From the NCBI GenBank assembly GCA_043228905.1, contig JBHGNT010000395.1, positions 1 through 28,513 of the forward strand: 28,513 bases of DNA, read 5' to 3'. This document shows, in pieces, positions 22,621-28,513 of the stretch. The stretch is from Azolla caroliniana. Its lineage: Eukaryota > Plantae > Polypodiophyta. The notes under the pieces are model-generated. The model searched no databases and was not told where the DNA came from. It saw only the letters and a program-made list of their open reading frames with translations. The translations under genes and the position numbers were made by a program. The first letter of the stretch is position 1. Every line of letters begins with the position of its first letter.

Positions 22621-24180
22621 TGTTGTCCGCCGGAATAGTAACCGACGGACAAAAGCGTAGGAGTAAGAAATTATATAAGAGCATAATGCATGTAACGGTT
22701 CACGCAGGAAGCGTGAACGGCTAATTAGACCCTGCATATATAAAGGGCAGAAAACCTCTGATAGAGGTGCGTGTAACTTTGGGGAATGTAAAGAAACGCC
22801 TTATAATAGAATACTATCTTCTCTGATTTTCTGTGTATAGCTACGACTAGTTCAGAGTGGGTGTCTTGATTACTTAAGTGTTGTAGTACGTAAGTGTAAC
22901 CTTGAATAGGGATTCGGTTGTAGCCGTCTTCCCTTATACGCTGATAGGTTACAGGGGTTCTACCCTTACGCAATACGCTGATACACCTGTTCGTTGTTCC
23001 ACACCCACTTGAGGTCTAGGTCGAAGGACTGACCGTGAACCGTGTTCCTAAACGGCAACACTTTTGGCATGCTTGGTGATCTGTGTTTCCTCACAGACGA
23101 GCAACAACGAATGGATGTTTAGCCGCAGACGACCCAGAGAACCAACACGACAAGACGGGCCAATAACAAGGTCCGTCACACGCCAGGCAGAAGAACGTGC
23201 ACGGCGGCCTCAGTACTACTTGCCGTGAGTGCAAAGGGGATTCTTCGCTCCCCAAATACCTCGACGAGACACGGGGACCACGCTCACCACAGCCACCCGG
23301 TGGTCTCTCCCGATCCGCAGTAGCTCCCACTATGGCCTTTGCCTACCCCCGATTTAACGGCGAAACCGACGCCGCAACGCATATTCGCATGTTCCTGAAT
23401 GTCTGGAATGCGAACCACATGGCGCAGAATCTCTCCGACACGGTGGCACACCAGTGGAAAATGACGGAGTTTGGATTAACACTAGATGGGCGTGCGGCGT
23501 TTTGGCATTCACAGATGGATTTACTAGCCATAACAACCTTCGATCAGCTGCAGTCCGCTTTCTTGCGATTCTTCCATCAGAGGGTCCCACAACGCAAGAT
23601 TCTGGGGTAGTTTTATACAATTAAGCAACTACCGACCGAGACGATAGCGGACTTCAGCTTACGTTTCCAAAATTTACAACGGAAACTGGAACGAAGCCCC
23701 GCGGAGGAAGAGGCTCAAGAAACATTTCTGGTAGACTTACGCCGGCCCATCCGGGCAACGCTCAACAACAATAGCGTGAAAGGGGAAATGACGGATATGG
23801 TAATTGAATGAGCATTACAACTCGAGTTGGATGACGAGGAGGAACGGTTTTCTATGTCCTCCTTATGACAAGCGTTACCTCCGGATGAGGAACGCCAATT
23901 TCGTCAAGCAATCCAGTGCACAATTTGCTTGAACTCGGGGCATTCCGTAGTAGAGTGCAATATGCGAATCCATTGCCCAATCTGCCACTCGAAGGCTCAC
24001 ACAGTCGACCAATGCGAGTACAATATGTTAAATAGAGCCACTCCCATAGTCCGCAACATGGACACACAACGTCAACCGCACCGGGCTGAACGAAGGAGGC
24101 TAGAAGACCGACCCCGGTATAAGGATTGCAACCCGCGGTGTCGTGAAGAATTTCGTCCAGAGGCGGAAACCGGGAAACAT
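22621..24180 (+). mobile_element. Ty3/gypsy-type LTR retrotransposon 5' part (5' LTR 22621-23060, PBS, decayed gag)
   Basis: LTR ends are TGTTGTCCG...CGGCAACA, with a TATA-like ATATAAAGGG near 22738-22747. A PBS-like TGGCATGCTTGGTG starts at 23065, followed by gag. Confidence 0.78.
23332..24180 (+). pseudogene. gag: Retrotransposon gag pseudogene with two CCHC zinc knuckles
   Basis: YPRFNGETD...TLDGRAAFWH...TFDQLQSAFL...KQLPTETIADFSLRF resembles Retrotrans_gag. CX2CX4HX4C occurs at 23917-23958 and 23974-24015. In-frame stops at 23608, 23809 and 23866. Confidence 0.82.
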
Positions 24181-24896
24181 TGTCTACATCGGCGGGGTGC
24201 AGCATGTGTGCTCACCCTTGTACATTTAGTGTGAATAACGAGGGCGCCTTTATGGCGCCGAAGAGTAGTCAAGTCAGGACAGACGATCCCATGTAAGTCG
24301 GGATTTATCCCACATTGTAACGCATCCCTCTCCTTGTTCTATTAAAGGAAGGGAGCGCCCTTTGTGAAAGGGTTGCCCATTTTGCGTTAGAGGGTATACC
24401 ATTAGATTTAGGGTTAGTTCTTCTTCTTCTTCTTCTTCTTCTCCCCCTTCGTGTTCGCTTAGGGTTTGCTTCAGCTCGTCTCCTGCGCAAGACCCCGCTC
24501 GGCGTGACAAGCCCGTGAGCTCCTGTCCTGTGGCTTGGCAGCCGACGACTACTATAACCTACCTTGGCCCAGCTCGAAGCCGGGAATGTATTCTTCCTTT
24601 TATATATATACATTTGCATCTGTTTGTGTCTATTCGCGTCTCTGTTGGTGTCGGGTGCTTCCCCTTTCTTGCGTTTCCTGTACATAAGGGCGTGAGTCGG
24701 GTTGGCCTGTGCGTGCATGTGCGTGCGTGAGTCGGTGTCAAGTGCGTGTTCCCTCTCTCCCTTCGGTTGCTTCCGGTGTGCTTCTGGGATGCCCTGGAAA
24801 CGGTGAAGTACGACTTCCTACGCTCCGTCACTCCCTAGTCCAAGACCCCCGTGGTCTCGCCTTTCTCCACGCACGCGCGTAACAACGCGACATCTT

Positions 24897-24914
24897 TGGT
24901 GAACCCGACGTGAA
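24897..24914 (+). promoter_or_regulatory. Primer-binding site complementary to the 3' end of tRNA-Trp
   Basis: The reverse complement is TTCACGTCGGGTTCACCA, matching the 3' 18 nt of plant cytosolic tRNA-Trp(CCA) as I recall it. It sits 4 nt after the LTR-terminal CA. Confidence 0.8.
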
Positions 24915-24929
24915 AGGCGGCAAGGGAGG

Positions 24930-25521
24930 ATGGAGTCGGAAGACGACGACCTCGCGGAGATGGTGGCCGAAGTGGTGTTGGAGTCGGCATGAGTGGTGAT
25001 GAGGCGAGAAGTAGCGCAACAAGCGGTTGAGCGAGTGGTCGAAAGAGTCGGCCGTTTCAACGGGGACAAAGTCCCATCTTACTTGGAAGCCTACAACGCG
25101 GAAATGGAGGAGCGAGGCGTAGACGAGGCGTTGAGGCTGGAGTTCTTCTGTCGGGTCGTAGCTGTCCGGATGCATGCGGAAGTAAAGGAGCTCCGTGAGG
25201 CTCATAGTTCGTGGGAGGCCTTCGAAGAGGCGCTCCTGAAGGCATGTAGAGGACGGCGGAAGAGCCAGGGACGACACAACTTCGACTAGTGGGTAGCATC
25301 GGCAAAGACCCACCGGGGCGCGACCAAGGCGTTCCGAGAGTTCGAGCGACGGCTTGCTCGGCTCCTGGAGCGGGAACAAGGTTTGGTGGGGGTGGACAAG
25401 GTCCTATTGTTCGTCAGGTCGATCGACCGAGCGGAACGGGAGGTCATCGGTATTGAGCTCGAAGACGATGACGAAGCGAATGGGCTTACGGAGGACTGGT
25501 CGAAGGTTGGAAGGGTGTGCC
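24930..25521 (+). pseudogene. gag: gag pseudogene, truncated by the next insertion
   Basis: VGRFNGDKVPSYLEAYNAEM...WEAFEEAL...FREFERR...LFVRS...GLTEDWSKV. In-frame stops at 24990 and 25287. Resembles moss gypsy gag N-termini (from memory, not searched). Confidence 0.7.
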
Positions 25522-25719
25522 TGTTACAGGCATGACCATTTAATATCCCGTGGTGAGAATTTACCATAGCATTCTATACACGTGGATAAGTGTGAGGGTT
25601 AAACGAGAGTGTAAAGAAGGGGAGGATTACTTTTAATCCTCGGGATTGAAACAACCCATTAGGTCAAGTGTGAACTTGCCTAGGGGCCTTAGGTATCGCT
25701 ATAAATAAGAGGCCTAGCT
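25522..25719 (+). mobile_element. Partial LTR (U3 up to just past the TATA box) of a further LTR element
   Basis: Begins TGTTACA exactly where the gag frame and GC-rich composition break. It has an LTR-type CTATAAATAAGAGG at 25699-25712 and is then cut by the copia LTR. Confidence 0.5.
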
Positions 25720-26186
25720 TGTTAAGAAAACGTGAAGAAGGCACTCGAGCTCTTCTTATGTGCGCGGCGGATCGTAGTGTGCTGGATCGTTAGCGTGCTC
25801 TAAACAGACAGAGAAAGGAAAGGGGACTTACCTCTATAGTAGCAAAATGGTTTTCTTCTATTACATGTAGAGCTCAACTTGCTCTCGTCAGTCTTCTGGT
25901 CTCTCACTCTCTCTCAGAGTTCTCTACTCTCTGTTTTTTTTCTTACTACTTCTTCTTACTTACTATTCACTCTCACTTACTTTTACCTAAGTCATAAGTT
26001 ATTACACATGCAGCTAATTAGCTGCCAGTAGCTAATTAGCTGTCAGTCGCTAAATAGCTGTTCACTAGCTAATTAGCTGTCACTAGCTAAATAGCTGTTT
26101 TACCTTTTTGTTCACTAGTAGCTAAATAGCTACTATAGCTTATTTCTCATAAGCATCACATACCATGTTGAGCTTGCTTCTCAACA
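25720..26186 (-). repeat. 3' LTR of the young copia (467 bp)
   Basis: Starts TGTTGAGAA immediately after the PPT and ends TTCTTAACA (8/9 terminal inverted match). The far end is less certain; 25522 is an alternative. Confidence 0.7.
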
Positions 26187-26226
26187 CTCCCCCTCAAGCT
26201 CAACTTATTCTTGCTTGAGGTTCTCT

Positions 26227-28512
26227 TCAATCTTCTTTTCCATTTTGCTTTTTAGCCATCTCATCAATGTTTACAACTCCCATCATGTTCCGAAACTGTG
26301 TATGCTTTTCCACACTCAATCCCTTTGTGAGAATATCAGCAACCTGCTGATTTGTATTCACATACACCAGATCAACTTCTCCTTCAATCACTTTTTCTCT
26401 AACAAAGTGATAATGCACTTCAATGTGCTTTGTTCTTGCATGGAACACAGGGTTCTTTGCAAGTTGAATGCTGCTCATGTTGTCACACCAGATTGTGACA
26501 GTACCGTCTATATACTCTCCCAAATCAGCAAGCAATCTTCTAATCCATACCTCTTCACAAGTGGCTATTGCAGCCCCTCTATACTCAGCTTCTGTACTGG
26601 ACAATGCAACAGTAGCCTGTTTCTTGCTACTCCATGAAATTCCTGCACTTCCCAAGGTAAACATGTATCCACTTGTGGATCTCCTGTCTGTTTGGCTTCC
26701 AGCCCAATCAGCATCTGTATATCCTTCCAGATTTATGTCTAGATCAGCCCTGTAAAACAATCCATAGTTCTGAGTAGCTTTTACATACCTCAAAATTCTT
26801 CTAATGCAGTCCAAATGTGGCTTTGTTGGCTGTTGCATAAACTGGCTGACTAATCCAACAACATAGCTCAAATCAGGTCTTGTTATAGTCAGATAAATAA
26901 GGCTGCCCACCATAGACCTATACATGTTTACATCTTCTATCTTGGCTCCCAAATCAGCCCTCAACTTGCAGTTTTTATCAAGTGGTACAGCAATAGGTTT
27001 GCATCCAAGCATACCATACTTTTTCAACATAGTTGTTGCATACTGTTTTTGCAACATACATATACCACTTTCAGATCTGATGATTTCAATACCAAGAAAA
27101 TATCTCAGATCTCCCAAATCTTTCATATGAAACTGCATTTCCAGATTTTTTTTCAACTTTCTTATTTCATCCACGGAATCTCCTCCAATAATCAAATCAT
27201 CTACATAAATCAGAATAATAACAATGCAATCATTTTCACTTTTTACATACAAAGAAGGATCAGCTTTTGACATTTTGAAACCAAGATTTTTCAGAGAATC
27301 TGAAAGTTCTCTGTGCCATGCTCTTGGTGCCTGTTTCAGTCCATAGAGAGCTTTTTTCAGCTTACATACATAATCAGGATGTTTCTTATCCTCAAAACCT
27401 GGTGGTTGACTCATATACACTTCTTCTTCCAAGTTACCATGTAAAAAAGCATTTTTTACATCCATGTGATGCAAAATCCATTTTCTGGCTGCTCCTACAA
27501 CAAGTAGTGTTCTCAAGGTTGCCATCTTTGCAACCGGTGCAAAAGTCTCATCATAATCAATCCCTTGCATCTGAGCATATCCTTTTGCAACCAATCTTGC
27601 TTTATGTCTACTTACATTCCCATTGGAGTCATGCTTTGTCTTGTAGACCCATTTGCAGCCTACCACATTTTTCTCTTTTGGTAACTTCACTAAATCCCAC
27701 GTTTTGTTCTCAGCCAATGCATCAATCTCTTCTTGCATTGCATCCATCCATTTCTTCTCAGATTTTGCTTCTTCAAAGCTGTTTGGGTCAGGGATCTGTA
27801 CCACCTTAGACATATATGCATAGTGCATAGCCATATATGTATCATACCCAAATCTTTCCACAGTCTTTTTCTCTCTATCTGATCTTCTCAGTTTCTGATT
27901 TGCATTCTTTATTGCCTTTTCCATACCAGGGATTTTCATTTCCTGTATTCCAAGGAAATCATCCAAAGACATATCTTCATCTTCATCTTCCATGTTTTTT
28001 GATAGGTCATCCGGGATTTCATACTCTGGCATTTTCTGTTTTCCTTTTTTGTCATCAGATTTTTTCTGTCCAGTTTTTCCACTCCATGAATTTGAATCAG
28101 ATTTACCATCTGAGCTTTTTGATGGTCCAGAACATTCTGTTGATGTTGGACTTTGCTGTCCAGCCTTGTCTCCATCTCTGTGACAGTCTTCTACATTTTC
28201 TGATCTGTCTTTGTCTTCATTTTGACAGTCTTCATCAGTCTCTAGATTCTGTTTTGGGCTGTACCAACTAGCCAACTCATCAAATATCACATCTCGACTT
28301 GTCACAATCTTTTTAGTCACAGGGTTATAACATCTGTACCCTTTTTGTTCTTCTGAATATCCAACAAAGATACATTTTTCTGCTTTTGGATCCAACTTAC
28401 TTCTTACTTCTGCAGGCACATGTACATATGCAAGGCATCCAAACACTTTCAAGTGTTGTAAGCTAGGCTTCCTGCCATAAAAACACTCTTCAGGAGTTGC
28501 CTCATGTACTCC
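26227..28512 (-). CDS. pol: Ty1/copia pol polyprotein (integrase C-terminus, reverse transcriptase, RNase H), 5'-partial
   Basis: Uninterrupted frame, open to the window edge: LKVFGCLAYVH, KARLVAKGY, MDVKNAFLHG, KALYGLKQAPRAW, YVDD, YTDADWAG, LSSTEAEY, CDN, ADILTK. Confidence 0.95.
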   Translation of the reverse strand, partial: GVHEATPEECFYGRKPSLQHLKVFGCLAYVHVPAEVRSKLDPKAEKCIFVGYSEEQKGYRCYNPVTKKIVTSRDVIFDELASWYSPKQNLETDEDCQNEDKDRSENVEDCHRDGDKAGQQSPTSTECSGPSKSSDGKSDSNSWSGKTGQKKSDDKKGKQKMPEYEIPDDLSKNMEDEDEDMSLDDFLGIQEMKIPGMEKAIKNANQKLRRSDREKKTVERFGYDTYMAMHYAYMSKVVQIPDPNSFEEAKSEKKWMDAMQEEIDALAENKTWDLVKLPKEKNVVGCKWVYKTKHDSNGNVSRHKARLVAKGYAQMQGIDYDETFAPVAKMATLRTLLVVGAARKWILHHMDVKNAFLHGNLEEEVYMSQPPGFEDKKHPDYVCKLKKALYGLKQAPRAWHRELSDSLKNLGFKMSKADPSLYVKSENDCIVIILIYVDDLIIGGDSVDEIRKLKKNLEMQFHMKDLGDLRYFLGIEIIRSESGICMLQKQYATTMLKKYGMLGCKPIAVPLDKNCKLRADLGAKIEDVNMYRSMVGSLIYLTITRPDLSYVVGLVSQFMQQPTKPHLDCIRRILRYVKATQNYGLFYRADLDINLEGYTDADWAGSQTDRRSTSGYMFTLGSAGISWSSKKQATVALSSTEAEYRGAAIATCEEVWIRRLLADLGEYIDGTVTIWCDNMSSIQLAKNPVFHARTKHIEVHYHFVREKVIEGEVDLVYVNTNQQVADILTKGLSVEKHTQFRNMMGVVNIDEMAKKQNGKED

Positions 28513-28513
28513 T

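Larger units (their letters stand above)
24181..25521 (+). mobile_element. Second Ty3/gypsy-type element 5' part (5' LTR 24181-24892, tRNA-Trp PBS, decayed gag)
   Basis: LTR ends are TGTC...GACA. PBS TGGTGAACCCGACGTGAA lies at 24897-24914 and gag starts at ATG 24930. Confidence 0.78.
25720..28513 (-). mobile_element. Young Ty1/copia LTR retrotransposon, 3' part (continues beyond the window)
   Basis: Open pol frame, PPT TTGAGGGGGAG at 26197-26187, and a 3' LTR. Confidence 0.93.

Noticed and set aside
24072-25569. Numerous overlapping ORFs on both strands
   Set aside because: These are expected in GC-rich LTR and gag DNA. Only the + strand gag frame has recognisable motifs.
25522-26186. A single 665-bp copia LTR
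   Set aside because: A better terminal match (TGTTAAGAA) at 25720 and an oppositely oriented TATA box at 25700 favour two separate LTRs. The single-LTR reading is not fully excluded without the 5' LTR.

Overview
This is AT-rich land-plant nuclear DNA, probably from a non-seed plant such as a fern or lycophyte (an inference from the transposon content). The core is a convergent, tail-to-tail pair of paralogous DOMON + cytochrome b561 (CYBDOM, AIR12-like DOMON) genes. Gene A is at 9561-11525 (+, 384 aa) and gene B at 15371-14057 (-, 383 aa core). Both have the same phase-1 intron and intact haem ligands. The left flank (1-7 kb) holds several 5'-truncated or decayed LINEs that share a conserved 3' terminal motif, two of them with clear target-site duplications. 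The right flank (18.9-28.5 kb) is a nested LTR-retrotransposon stack: a decayed copia with an internal triplication, an orphan copia RT fragment, a gypsy LTR+gag, a gypsy LTR+gag with a perfect tRNA-Trp primer site, a partial LTR, and a young copia with an open pol. I cannot support a wholly new biological system here. The best leads are the possible in-frame N-terminal extension of gene B, its intronic telo-box array, a CxC motif shared by both DOMON domains, the Trp-primed gypsy and the structured LINE/LTR termini.
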